A DNA stretch of 64,000 nucleotides from a virus, in IMG/VR virus record IMGVR_UViG_3300045988_148502. The stretch is one strand, 5' to 3'. Position numbers and translations under genes: made by a program. Of the stretch, positions 35,474-46,500 are shown piece by piece. Positions within the stretch are counted from its first letter, which is position 1, and each line of letters begins with the position of its first letter. The notes below the pieces were generated by a model. It saw only the letters and a list, made by a program, of their open reading frames with translations, did not search any database and was not told where the DNA came from.

Positions 35474-36916
35474 TTATGCCGCATTTAAATCTTGGGCGGG
35501 TGCTTTAGCCAGTCTCATACGTGCATGTGCCTTTGCATAGCGCAGATACAGGCAGCTCACCTCTTGGATAACTACCGCATCGGTACGGCGGATACCGGCC
35601 TTTTGCAAGTCGAGTACGTTACGTGCCCAAGACACATGTGTTTTTTTGGAAAGATATTCCGGATCCATTGCAAAGCCGCAATCACTCATTCCGTTTACAT
35701 CGAACAGTTCATGATGTATGGTTAATACTTCTCCGAAATCAGTATCCCAAGATTTGAATTTCAAGTTCCATACCTCCACGGTATCTTTCAAGCGGAATTT
35801 TTCGCTCTTTATCTTGGAGAATGCAGAGAGCATATCACTTCCACAGAATAAAATCTTACGCTTGTTACCGATGCCGGTACCAACAAAAAGGTCTTTGGTA
35901 ATATCCACAAGGTTTTCATCGGTAATTATGGCGCATTTCTTGTCAGTATCCCATTCGCCCACCTCGATGTCCTTTCCGGCCATCCACCAGATACCACCTG
36001 TAAACCAAGTGTTCATGCCGTCCTTTGCAATGTGCTTGATAACCTGCTTCACACCGAACAGATAAGTATTTTCCATTGCGAGGCGCATATCATATACACC
36101 GTCTTCTTCAATGTCTGAGAAATTCCAGTTCACTTCTTTGGCGGCAATCTTGTCAAAAGTTGATTGCTCTACCTGAATCATGAAGTTCTGACAATACTGG
36201 GTTTCAGGCATAGGGATATTATTGAATCGTCCTGTCTGAACATCCAATTCCCCACATGCTTTTCCCATGCGTACAAGCGTTGTTCCTTGTGGAATTTCCG
36301 GAACAAGAATCGGCTGTTTGCTTGAATCATCCATTTTGCCATTTACGGCATACACTGTAGGAAGATTTGTTGAGCTGTCCTTTCCGCACACACAAAGCAC
36401 GAGGTCCGGAACGTTGCTGTCATCTTCCGTATATTTCGTTCCGTCCGGTTTGGTGATGGCGCTGACACCGACTACCCTAATGGTATCATCCAACGTGAAC
36501 ATATTCAAATCATCTACCGGCAACGACACGCTCGCACCGCTGAGCATAGCTTCCAGCTTTTTGTTGGTACTGCATTTGATTTCACGTGTACCCACGCTGT
36601 AATACTTCACTTCAAATGAATTGGTGGAGCTTGATTTTGCATAACGGCTGATTTGGTCAATTGGAGTAGCCATCGGACGGATTTTCACGATGCGTTTGTC
36701 CACATCACTCAAATAGAAATTTGGGTCGCCGGTTTCACGCCCTCCTGTTTCAGTGGAAATACCGTCTGTTCCACCCGTACCGTCCGCACCGGCTGTTGTT
36801 TTACCCGCATCAGGCAGGTTCGATGCTTCTGCCATCATGACACCGCTTGATGCACCCGTCACAAACGCCAATATCATCAGCGTAATGCGACAAAAGAAAC
36901 TCATTGTTTTCTTCAT
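35474..36916 (-). CDS. Major capsid protein (candidate, 480 aa)
   Basis: Size and position directly after the scaffold-like gene. Sequence pattern VDKRIVKIRPMATPIDQISRY...FEVKYYSVGTR. An alternative start at 36838 (MMAEAS...) is possible. Confidence 0.6.
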   Translation of the reverse strand: MKKTMSFFCRITLMILAFVTGASSGVMMAEASNLPDAGKTTAGADGTGGTDGISTETGGRETGDPNFYLSDVDKRIVKIRPMATPIDQISRYAKSSSTNSFEVKYYSVGTREIKCSTNKKLEAMLSGASVSLPVDDLNMFTLDDTIRVVGVSAITKPDGTKYTEDDSNVPDLVLCVCGKDSSTNLPTVYAVNGKMDDSSKQPILVPEIPQGTTLVRMGKACGELDVQTGRFNNIPMPETQYCQNFMIQVEQSTFDKIAAKEVNWNFSDIEEDGVYDMRLAMENTYLFGVKQVIKHIAKDGMNTWFTGGIWWMAGKDIEVGEWDTDKKCAIITDENLVDITKDLFVGTGIGNKRKILFCGSDMLSAFSKIKSEKFRLKDTVEVWNLKFKSWDTDFGEVLTIHHELFDVNGMSDCGFAMDPEYLSKKTHVSWARNVLDLQKAGIRRTDAVVIQEVSCLYLRYAKAHARMRLAKAPAQDLNAA

Positions 36917-36957
36917 TGCTCGAAATTTTAAAAGTTAAAAATGTAATTGGTTTATAT

Positions 36958-37749
36958 TTATCTGTTTATCGCCTTGCGTTTTTCACCGCCACGCTCCCAA
37001 ATGTTCTGTGTACCATCATAACGCCCGATTGCACCGAGGTCAGGCATCTGCCGTGAACCGCCACTGCCGCCACCGTTTTTACCGGCAAGGTCGGCTGTAC
37101 CGTCATTTTTGCCTGCTTTGCGTAGTTTTTCTTCAATCTTGCTGTTGCGCCCCTTTACTTCACCCTCGTGTCCGGCAGCTTCCACATCGCTGTCGTGCCT
37201 GATTGCTTTTATGGCCATTTCTATACTTTCACGTGTAAACTTACCCATGATTCCGTCACGTACAATGCCTACAAGGAAATCCATTGCGCTGTCGATGTCC
37301 TCATCCGGCAGTCCTTCTTCCTGTTGCATGGTTTCAAGGGTGGTCAGGGTTTCGTCGAGGTTCTTCTGATACTCTCCCTCGTACTCTTTCTCTTGGGCGA
37401 TTCGTTCCGCAAATTCCTTGTTGGCGGCTGCAAGTGCCTCCTGCTTTTCGGGGTCTTCAAGTGCGGCCTTGAAATCATCCCCGAATTTGCGCACCATACC
37501 GATGATAGGGTCTTCGCCTTTTCTCCAGTCAGTAAGGAAAGCGGCACTTTGCGGGTTGCTTGCAAACAGGTCGGACAGTGCTTTTTCACGTTCCTTGTAA
37601 CCGGACAATTCCTTGTCGTAACCATCGTAATCGTCATTGATTTGACCGAATAACGCTTCATCATCGGCAAATTCTCTGTCCGGATACTTTGCTTTCAATC
37701 GCTCTGTGTATCGCTCGCGATTGCTCTTAACTTCCGTATTATTAGGCAT
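36958..37749 (-). CDS. Scaffolding protein (candidate, 263 aa)
   Basis: Highly charged, helical, coiled-coil-like sequence immediately upstream of the capsid gene. Confidence 0.55.
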   Translation of the reverse strand: MPNNTEVKSNRERYTERLKAKYPDREFADDEALFGQINDDYDGYDKELSGYKEREKALSDLFASNPQSAAFLTDWRKGEDPIIGMVRKFGDDFKAALEDPEKQEALAAANKEFAERIAQEKEYEGEYQKNLDETLTTLETMQQEEGLPDEDIDSAMDFLVGIVRDGIMGKFTRESIEMAIKAIRHDSDVEAAGHEGEVKGRNSKIEEKLRKAGKNDGTADLAGKNGGGSGGSRQMPDLGAIGRYDGTQNIWERGGEKRKAINR

Positions 37750-37869
37750 AATTCAAAAATTTAATTTATAGTCAGATTCTACAAGACAAAAATAGGCAGG
37801 GAAAGCAGGATGTCATGTTTATCTTTTTACGCTCCTATTGGTAACTTTGGTACTATAACGGGAAGAAAA

Positions 37870-38304
37870 ATGAAGCATAAAGGAGCAGTTATGGAATACT
37901 CTATGGAGCGTATGAACGACTTGATGAGAGCATACGATGAATACATTTCATCGTGTGATTATATCCGTATGCCTGAAGTGTATAAAGTAATTGTAAACAT
38001 GCCGTCCCGGAGGTTTTGGGTCAGCGATATTCGTGCAGCATTGGTCGTTTCCGCCATGATGAGGGGTGAGAACGATTTAAGCGGTATGTGGCCGTTGAAG
38101 AAAGAAATGTATGAGGAGATTCATACAAGGGTTGTCGCTCTCAAATCAGAATACCCGGAACTTACCATTTCTGAACTGTGTGCTAAAGTGATTGCTCAAC
38201 CCGCACCGAAATTCTACCTCACGCCGGGTAGTGCCAAGATGATGATATGCAAGGCTAAAAAACGATGGATGCAAGAAAAGTTGAGAAGATTACGGCTCTC
38301 CTGA
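37870..38304 (+). CDS. Hypothetical protein upstream of the terminase (small-terminase position, about 144 aa)
   Basis: The ORF track start is 37810. The ATG at 37870 lies downstream of a TAACTTTG (-7-like) motif at 37842-37849. Function unknown. Confidence 0.45.
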   Translation: MKHKGAVMEYSMERMNDLMRAYDEYISSCDYIRMPEVYKVIVNMPSRRFWVSDIRAALVVSAMMRGENDLSGMWPLKKEMYEEIHTRVVALKSEYPELTISELCAKVIAQPAPKFYLTPGSAKMMICKAKKRWMQEKLRRLRLS

Positions 38305-38783
38305 TTTCTGCCATGATTGTGTGTTTGTCATTTTCAGGAGAATGGGATTGGCAAACTGTCGGCATTTACGCTGGAAGTAATATGCCAGGACGCTTGCTGT
38401 ATCCGTTTTTCCATACGAATATGTTTCATGCCTTGCTCAATTCATGGTGTTTATTATCGATTATTTTCATTTACGATATTGGGATAGGAAGATTGCTGTC
38501 AGCCTATATGATTGCCGTTACAGTTCCAGTTGATACCCTTGGATATTTCACGACAATGGATTCGCCAACGGTAGGATTGTCCGGATTGGTTTTCGCCCTG
38601 TTTGGTTCAATATCGTTTGAGGTATTACGTAAACGGTATTATCAGTTATGGATGCTGTTTTACCTTGTGGCAGGCTTCCTGTTTCCGGGCATAAATGCCG
38701 TATTGCATCTTTGGTGTTATGTATTGGGACTCATCATGGCTCTGCTAAACAAGCCTGTTAAAATCATGCACCATGAAAGATAA
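38265..38783 (+). CDS. Rhomboid-like intramembrane serine protease (172 aa, about six transmembrane segments)
   Basis: HxxxN (FHALLN), GxSG (GLSGLVFALFG), and a distal His in a transmembrane segment (VLHLWCYVLG) in the order expected for rhomboids. Confidence 0.5.
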   Translation: MDARKVEKITALLISAMIVCLSFSGEWDWQTVGIYAGSNMPGRLLYPFFHTNMFHALLNSWCLLSIIFIYDIGIGRLLSAYMIAVTVPVDTLGYFTTMDSPTVGLSGLVFALFGSISFEVLRKRYYQLWMLFYLVAGFLFPGINAVLHLWCYVLGLIMALLNKPVKIMHHER

Positions 38784-40869
38784 GGCCATCAAGGACATAT
38801 TGACAGAGAATGAACGCCGCAATGCGATTGTATATGCAAAGTTCAATCCAATTACCGGAGAAGGTTCTGTCGGTAAACGTGTAAAGTGTACCATCAGTGA
38901 CTTTCCTATACATACCCAGTGGTTACCGGAACGTATCATGAAAGTACCGCTTGTACGCCAACTCATCGAAGCCGGTTCTATTTCCAAATTCCTCACGGAC
39001 TACATGGGTGTGGAAGACAATCAGGATGATCGCTTGAAGGTCATAGAGCAGTTTGTACGAATACGCAGCCGCGAGGATTTTCCGTTTTGGGCGGCAACAT
39101 TTGTCTATATCAAGGCCAAAGGCGGTGGTGAGGATGTCCTGTTTCGTCTGACAAGACCTCAACGGCGTTTTGTGGATCGGCTTGAGAAATTGCGTATTGC
39201 AGGGAAACCGATACGCATCATCCTGCTTAAAGCACGGCAATGGGGTGGTTCCACCACTTCACAGCTTTATATGGCATGGTTGCAGTTGCTTCACAAAACC
39301 GGCTTAAACTCACTTATCATTGCACATCAGGGCGCAGGCTCCGATGAAATCAAGGATATGTTCGACCGGATGATTAAAAGTTATCCTGTCGAAATGCTCT
39401 ATAAAATTGATGAAGCCTACAATGAGAACGAGCCGAAGATTGTAGGAGTGGGAAAATCGGGAAGTATATCGCGCATTCCGCAGCGTAACTGCAAAATCAA
39501 GATTGGTACGGCTGAACGCCCGGATTCGTGTCGTGGCGGTGATTACAATCTTGTACATCTCTCCGAAGTGGGAATATGGAAGGCTACGGAGGGAAAGAAA
39601 CCGGAAGACATTGTGCGCTCCGCCTGTTCGGGTATTCTCCTCAAGCCCTACACCATGATTGTTTATGAAAGCACAGCAAATGGCACCGGGAACTTCTTTC
39701 ATCGCGAATATACTGCCGCAAAAGAAGGGAAATCCCAGTTCGAGGCAATGTTCGTTTCATGGTTCGACATCGAGCAATATACACTCGCTTTTGATTCGGA
39801 CAATGAAAAATGGGATTTTGCAGAATGGCTTTATCAGAATCGGGACAATGAAAATACAGATTCCGAACGTGAGGAATGCGGTAAGTATCTTTGGTCGCTG
39901 TGGGAAAAAGGTGCTACGCTCGAAGCTATCCATTGGTACATAGCCGAACGCAGGAAGTACAATGACCATGGGCAGATGGCTGCCGAATTTCCGTCTGATG
40001 ATGTGGAAGCCTTCGTACATTCGGGAGCACGTGTGTTCGACAAATACAAGGTCGATGCAATGCGCAAGACCTGCAAGAAGCCTAAATATGTCGGTGAAGT
40101 CTGTGCCGATGCGGATGAGGGCAAGAACGCTTTGCAGAACTTGCGTTTTGTGAAAGACAAACAGGGATTGTTGCATATTTGGGAGTTGCCGGAAACAGAT
40201 GAAAAGGAAGTTGTTACAAATCGTTACCTCACGATTGTCGATGTGGGTGGACGTTCCAATAAAGCAGACTTCTCTGTTGTTCTTGTGCTTGACCGTCTGT
40301 TTATGATTGATGGTGGCAAGCCTGTCGTAGTGGCACAATGGTACGGACATTGCGACATCGACCAGCTTGCATGGAAAGCGGCACAAATAGCGGCTTTTTA
40401 TGACAATTCACTCTTGGTGATAGAAAGCAACACCTTGGAAACGCATGACAAGGAGCGGCAGGTAGATGGCGACCAGTCACAGTTCATCCTTAATCAAATC
40501 AAAGAGATTTACCCTAATCTCTATGCACGTGGTCAGTCCGAAGAAGCCGTACGCGAGGGATTGCCTACCAAATACGGCTTCCATACCAATGTCTCAACCA
40601 AACCGATGATTATATCAACCTTAGTCAAGGTTATTCGTGAGAATTTATACACGGAACGTGACGAACGTTGTCTGGACGAATATTTGTGTTACGAGAAAAA
40701 ACCGAACGGAGCTTTCGGAGCGATTACCGGTAAACATGATGACTTGCTAATGACAAGAGCCATAGGCTTGCATATATGTTTCTTTGAAATGGAAATTCCA
40801 AAGATTGTGCTTCGTATCGGACGATTTGTTGTCAAAAAGAAAAAAGCTGTTTCAGCAGCTACAATATAA
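38773..40869 (+). CDS. terL: Terminase large subunit (698 aa)
   Basis: ATPase motif LLKARQWGGSTT, Walker B-like YNLVHLSE, and a C-terminal RNaseH-like nuclease segment (IVDVGGRSNKADFSVVLVLD). Confidence 0.8.
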   Translation: MKDKAIKDILTENERRNAIVYAKFNPITGEGSVGKRVKCTISDFPIHTQWLPERIMKVPLVRQLIEAGSISKFLTDYMGVEDNQDDRLKVIEQFVRIRSREDFPFWAATFVYIKAKGGGEDVLFRLTRPQRRFVDRLEKLRIAGKPIRIILLKARQWGGSTTSQLYMAWLQLLHKTGLNSLIIAHQGAGSDEIKDMFDRMIKSYPVEMLYKIDEAYNENEPKIVGVGKSGSISRIPQRNCKIKIGTAERPDSCRGGDYNLVHLSEVGIWKATEGKKPEDIVRSACSGILLKPYTMIVYESTANGTGNFFHREYTAAKEGKSQFEAMFVSWFDIEQYTLAFDSDNEKWDFAEWLYQNRDNENTDSEREECGKYLWSLWEKGATLEAIHWYIAERRKYNDHGQMAAEFPSDDVEAFVHSGARVFDKYKVDAMRKTCKKPKYVGEVCADADEGKNALQNLRFVKDKQGLLHIWELPETDEKEVVTNRYLTIVDVGGRSNKADFSVVLVLDRLFMIDGGKPVVVAQWYGHCDIDQLAWKAAQIAAFYDNSLLVIESNTLETHDKERQVDGDQSQFILNQIKEIYPNLYARGQSEEAVREGLPTKYGFHTNVSTKPMIISTLVKVIRENLYTERDERCLDEYLCYEKKPNGAFGAITGKHDDLLMTRAIGLHICFFEMEIPKIVLRIGRFVVKKKKAVSAATI

Positions 40870-40893
40870 GTTTAACTATAAAAACAAGGAACA

Positions 40894-41247
40894 ATGAACA
40901 TTTTCAGAAAAATCAGAGCTTCGCTTCGTTTACGTGAAGCAGTCAGACAGGCAGACGAAAAACACAAAGAAACTGGAGAACGTTACTACGTTATGCCTGC
41001 CGGTGGGAAAAAAGGTCAACTTATCATTATGGATAGAAAGAATTTCCGTAAGTTGAAACAGAAAGGCTACATCAATCATAATACGTTTGTGGGCGACCTT
41101 GAACGCGAATGCTTCTACTGCACGACTTATGGAAACGGTTCAGCTATGCTTCCTTCTGCTGTTATTGCATTGAAACGAAAACAGTATTTCTCATGGCTTG
41201 ATTCATTTTCAAATCCCAAAGAGAATGGGAAAGTACGGAAATATTGA
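40894..41247 (+). CDS. Hypothetical protein (117 aa)
   Basis: ORF downstream of terL. Confidence 0.5.
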   Translation: MNIFRKIRASLRLREAVRQADEKHKETGERYYVMPAGGKKGQLIIMDRKNFRKLKQKGYINHNTFVGDLERECFYCTTYGNGSAMLPSAVIALKRKQYFSWLDSFSNPKENGKVRKY

Positions 41248-41446
41248 TGGCATTGCCACACTTACCAGTGACCCGCTCGCACTTGACAATATCAACAAGT
41301 TTAACATCGGAGACCGGGTGATGTGCAATGATAATGGGAAAAGCGGTACTGTATTAGATATAGATACTGATAAATACGGTTGTACCGTTCGTTTTGATGA
41401 TACTGAAGGAACATGGATTGAATGCGACCAATTATCCAAAGAATAA
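41225..41446 (+). CDS. Hypothetical protein (73 aa from the internal ATG)
   Basis: The ORF track gives 41198..41446. The ATG at 41225 (MGKYGNIDG...) reduces the overlap. Confidence 0.45.
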   Translation: MGKYGNIDGIATLTSDPLALDNINKFNIGDRVMCNDNGKSGTVLDIDTDKYGCTVRFDDTEGTWIECDQLSKE

Positions 41447-41448
41447 AG

Positions 41449-41480
41449 AAAGGGGCATATCTGTGATGATGTGCCCCTTT
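41449..41480. terminator. Bidirectional stem-loop between convergent genes
   Basis: AAAGGGGCA (41449-41457) pairs with TGCCCCTTT (41472-41480), and the stem extends inward. Confidence 0.6.
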
Positions 41481-41483
41481 GGT

Positions 41484-43457
41484 TTAAGTTCTCATTGCAT
41501 TATGTAACTGATTTACTGCATCTATATTTGCACCTTGTTCGACCTGTTGAAGCAATTGAGGAGAAAGACCGTCGGGCACTTTGCCCTGCTCCAACTGTTC
41601 CTTCTGTGATTTGATACTTTGCAACAATTCATCTGCAAACGGGAAATCTCCATGCTCAAGCAGCTGCTCTACACTGATTGCCTGAGACTGGTACAACTGC
41701 ATAAGCATATCGTTAGCAAGATGCCTGTATGCCGGTGTTGAAGTGCTTTCGGTAATGCTTAAATCAAATTCTACATCACGTATTTTCTTCGGGTCATATT
41801 CGATTTGTGCACCACTCTTACCTGCAATATTGAATACACGTTTGCTATCATAAAACTGCTGCATATTCTTCACATCCTTATATGCTCCGTCCACTACAAA
41901 ACAACTGAAGCATTCAAGCAGGTCGAGCAATGACTTCGTGGCGTTTTCTGTCTGTTGGTTATAGTGCGATGCACTTTCACCGGAATACCCGGGCTTTCCT
42001 TGTAATGCGCCCGTAACTCCCGATATATCTTCAAAAAATTTGAGTTGCATGTTAAGCAGTTCCGCAATGCCTATATTTGTGGAATTATTGGCCACCTGTT
42101 CCGGCACTTTTCCGCTTTTGCTCGGCTTGTATACGATGACACCGTTAAATTCCGTCCAGCTCTCTGCAATATCGTCAATGCTCACACCATCAGGCAAGCA
42201 GTCTTCGGGCATCATCAGCACGCCTTTGGCACTCGCACGCATTATCCAGTCATAGAGAGTTATCAATCGGTTGGTATATCGCTGTTGGTCGATTACATCA
42301 GCAACGAATGAATGGATTTCACCATCAATGAACGGATATGCCTTGAAAACATATGGATGGCTTCCATGCTCGTAAGGCGTTTCCCCCTCCCTCAATATGT
42401 CGCCAAAAGGAGAAAGGTAATAGAAATACCAATAATCGTCCACAAACCAAGTAGCTTTTATCAACGGAACCTCATCTTCCGGCATACCGGCTTCCTTGGC
42501 CATACGCATACGTTCTTCATTTTCAGTAAGCACCACTTGTGCGTAATCTTCTTCGTCTATTTTGAAAATATCGCCGTTTTGGTAGTCATGGCAACGGTAT
42601 CTCGGTTTTTGCTCCTTGCGCCATATCTCTATCACACGACATCGTCCCGGCTCGCTTGTGAATAGAAAATCGTAGTTTTCCAAGCGGCTATACCCGAAAC
42701 GCTCCGCGTATGTGGTTATGTAATCTTTCCTTGCCGCCCACTTGTAAATGTCACGCAATTGTCTGTATTCCTGCGGACTTGATGCGAACTGTTCACACAA
42801 CTGTCCGAAAGAAATGTCGTGAACTTCTCCAAGCACGGAAACATCCCAACCTCTGAAATCTCTCATGTTGTTGTCGATAAAGAAATTATTGGGTTGTACA
42901 TAGTCCGTCCAACAATCCTCTTTTCCATTACGCCAACCGTACGATTTACGGTGAACGATAAAACCGCTTATCAGGAACTCTTCCATAGTTCGGGCATATA
43001 CATCGTTCATTCGGTTAAGCTGCATGTTGCATTGAAGTATCGTACTCATCGTTTCACCAAGTTTCTGTTCATCCCGATCACGTGCGGTACAAGTCGGTTC
43101 TTTACTTTGGCTTCGATACACGCCAAGCACGCTTCGCACAAGCCTACGGATAAGGTTGTTTTTCAAAGGCACGTTGCCTTGACTTTTAATGTATTCTTCC
43201 TCGCTCATGGATTTTCCGTCCACACAAATCATATCGTCCCATTGGAAACCATAGGTATAGCGTTTGTTTCGCTCCCGGTCTTTCCGAAAGTCGTCCATCT
43301 GGCTCCAATAGTATTGTGCTTCCATAAGAATGTCAAATGCCCTGCGGTCACCATAACGTTTTGCAGAAACAACAGTATCTATCTCGGCGGCATCATTTCT
43401 TCCCGGAGCTATACGGCTCATTGGCAGCAATTTTCTTTCGCTTTTATTTACATGCAT
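41484..43457 (-). CDS. Portal protein (657 aa)
   Basis: Size, position, and N-terminal pattern YYWSQMDDFRKDRERNKRYTYGFQW, typical of portal/connector proteins. Confidence 0.7.
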   Translation of the reverse strand: MHVNKSERKLLPMSRIAPGRNDAAEIDTVVSAKRYGDRRAFDILMEAQYYWSQMDDFRKDRERNKRYTYGFQWDDMICVDGKSMSEEEYIKSQGNVPLKNNLIRRLVRSVLGVYRSQSKEPTCTARDRDEQKLGETMSTILQCNMQLNRMNDVYARTMEEFLISGFIVHRKSYGWRNGKEDCWTDYVQPNNFFIDNNMRDFRGWDVSVLGEVHDISFGQLCEQFASSPQEYRQLRDIYKWAARKDYITTYAERFGYSRLENYDFLFTSEPGRCRVIEIWRKEQKPRYRCHDYQNGDIFKIDEEDYAQVVLTENEERMRMAKEAGMPEDEVPLIKATWFVDDYWYFYYLSPFGDILREGETPYEHGSHPYVFKAYPFIDGEIHSFVADVIDQQRYTNRLITLYDWIMRASAKGVLMMPEDCLPDGVSIDDIAESWTEFNGVIVYKPSKSGKVPEQVANNSTNIGIAELLNMQLKFFEDISGVTGALQGKPGYSGESASHYNQQTENATKSLLDLLECFSCFVVDGAYKDVKNMQQFYDSKRVFNIAGKSGAQIEYDPKKIRDVEFDLSITESTSTPAYRHLANDMLMQLYQSQAISVEQLLEHGDFPFADELLQSIKSQKEQLEQGKVPDGLSPQLLQQVEQGANIDAVNQLHNAMRT

Positions 43458-43522
43458 ATTTTTATCATTTTAATGATTGCTCGGAACAAATATACTGCTC
43501 CGGGCAATCATCCTATGTTTAA

Positions 43523-46500
43523 CTATTTACGGGTTTTGTTCATTTCTTCTATCATTTCCTTTTTGAGTTCGTTCAACTCGGCTTCAATATCCTTGCGTTC
43601 CTCGTCACTGATTGCTTCTTTTAATTCATTGTAGAGGTCGTCAATGTCTTCACGGTAATCCTCGAAGATTTCGTAACGCTCGTATTCGGGTGAATTGTAA
43701 AGGAAATCAATCTTTTCCGCATAGTCAAATATGTCGTTGTCGGTATCTTCTTCATAGTGCTTCAATCGGGATTTCAACCGGTCATGCTCCTCTTTCAATC
43801 GGAAATACTCATTGTTCACAGCCCTGTACTCGGTGCGTTCGTCCCCGGCTTTGACCAGCCTGTTTGCCAACAAGAAGCTGCGAGGGTCGTACTCACGGTT
43901 GCCTGTAACGGTTTCTACCATCTTGCTCAACTTGTCGATTGTTCCGAACACGCCACCGAAATAACCGTTCAGCATATATTCAATCTTTGCCGGATTAAAG
44001 TCAATCGTTCCTTTTGTATATGGGTCTCCACCCGTAGCTTCATTCATGGCATTGGCCAATCCGACAATGTATTTATTGGCACTCTTATACGCCTTTGTCC
44101 ATTCGGGCATATCTTTGTTGTAAGGTGTGTCTTTATAAAGTGGCATACCCGTCCAACTCTTTTCTGCAACGTAGGCTTCCCACAAGGGTTTGTAGGCACT
44201 CGGTACAAAGGCATTCAATCCTCCGCCGCCCTCCAAGAAATCAATAGGTAATATCTGTGTAGCCTGTCCTGTTATGGCTTCGGCAATTTCTCCGTCTGTA
44301 AGATGTTCCTTTCCGTTAAGGACGGAAATCATCAGTTCGCCCATACCGTAAACAGCCCTGTATTCTACCGGAAGAGGAATTGATACCCAACTGTTTCCTG
44401 CCCTGAAAAGAATATTGCTGCGCCTTACATATTCGGGAAGATTATAGTATGCGTTCTTGTCATCATCGTCATCATCATCGCCACCCAAGTAGGCAACAAT
44501 GGCACCAAGAAGGAACATCGCCGCAATACCTGTAAAAGCTTTGGCAGGATGGCGTTTCATCTGTCGTCCAAAGTTTGCCGTACCTTGAATGGCTGCATTC
44601 CAAAACACATAGCCGCTACGACCAAGTCCCGATACCAATGCACTGGCATTACCAGCCTTTGTCTGCCCTGTACTGTCATAGAATTTTGCTCCGCTGCCTT
44701 TCTTGTTGAAGTTTACGCTTATCTCCTTTGCATCATAGATGGCTCTGTCAATGCTCCGGCCCATTTCGCGTGATGTCATGAAAGCGGCAAAACGGGCGCA
44801 GTTCTCAACGGCTCGGTTGTACTCATCGAAACGTCCGCCCAACAAGTCCCATGCTTTTTTTACAGGAATCTTGCCGTTTGATTTTTTCAGTTCCCTGCGT
44901 ATGTCGTTCTTATGTTGTTCAATGTCCCGGATATTGGCATAGCCTGTTTCTCCTCCGTTCATCATGAACTGATGAAACATCGCTTCCGTCTTGTTACTCA
45001 TGTCAAGTGTCCCTTTGCGGTGCTTTGCCAAGAGTTGCTTTATCCTTACAGGATTGGCATACATATAATTGCGATGAAAACGAAGTGCGTAGTTCGGGCT
45101 TTCCCTTATCCAAGTCATGGTGTTGGTGTATAGCATATCTCGCATGAAGTTCGATACGATGAAGTCCGGGTTGCGTGTGGTATAGAACGCACTCAACTGT
45201 CGGTTGATGTTTTCACCGGCACGGAGAATGGCCCCGATTGCCCCCGACATATCGTTGTCGGGATTTGTCTGTCCGTTCAATGCTTGTGCCGCACGTGGAT
45301 TGCCGTTTATGGTAATCACATAGTCCCTGCCGCCACGCTTCACTACAATTTGGTGCTGCCTCATATCCCGGCTTTCCACAATACGGTAAGGAATATTCAC
45401 GGTATCTTTGCCATGCTTGTACCGGTCAGGATATTGCTGTGCCAATGACTCCATTTTAGTTTCAAAGTCCAGCATCTTCCGTTCCACCACTTCGGGAGTA
45501 TCTGTACTGTCTATGTTGTCAGGAAACACTGGCTTCCATTCGTCGGCCACCGTATCGTATTCTACCCAAATGTCGCTCACACTGACAAGGTCGCTCGGAT
45601 GGTTGAGGGCGAAATTAAGGAAACGCTGTTTTACCAATTTGTTCCGGTTGCCCTGCATGATAGCACCTTCTGCCATTGATTGCAGGTTGGCAAACGGGTC
45701 ATCCGCTTTCGACCTGCGTCCTTCCGCTTTCTTGATAGGAGCATTGAATGCACTTTGCTTGTGCGTCAGATATGCGTATGCTTCAGAACTGGTCTTTTCG
45801 TCAAAACCACGTAGCGGAATGTAAAAATCATACATATCTGAAATTTTATCAAAGGTCGCTTTACTCATCATGCCACATTCGTATGACTTTGAAAGTATTG
45901 CTTTGCTCGCGGCATTGACTTTTTTCCAAAGGTCGGTAGTGTCGTGTGCCTGTTCGTAATCGTTAACCATTATCTGTGCTTCCGTTTCGGCATCAGCAAC
46001 ATTATCCATACCTGTAAGGGCTGTAAGTCCGGCATAGTCGGTTTGGTCTGCATCGGTTGCTCCGTTATTGATTGCTTCATTACGCATATATGTATTGCGT
46101 TCAAGGCCGTGTTTCGCCATCATGTAATCAGTCAATTCCTCACGCTCTGCCTCAGTCCTGGCAAGTTTGGCAACCTCATCAAGCATGGGCTTGAACAGGG
46201 TGTGGGCAAACGCATCGGCTTCGGCTTTGTTCACACTTGACAGACGGTTTTCTCCCAAGTATGCGTTTTCAAATCCGTCCACATCCTCAATGTTTGTTTC
46301 CTTGCCAAGGATTGCAGTCATGGCTTCTTTCAAGCCGAGCATACTGTCCTGTAATGCTTCCTGTGATTGGAACATACCGCTTTTTACACGCCTTTCATAA
46401 CGGTCACGAGCCAACTCCCTTTCATGTATTTCCGGGTCACCGGTACGGTATAGTGCATCATCACTTTCTGCAACAGTCTGATGATGTGGGTCGGAAACCG

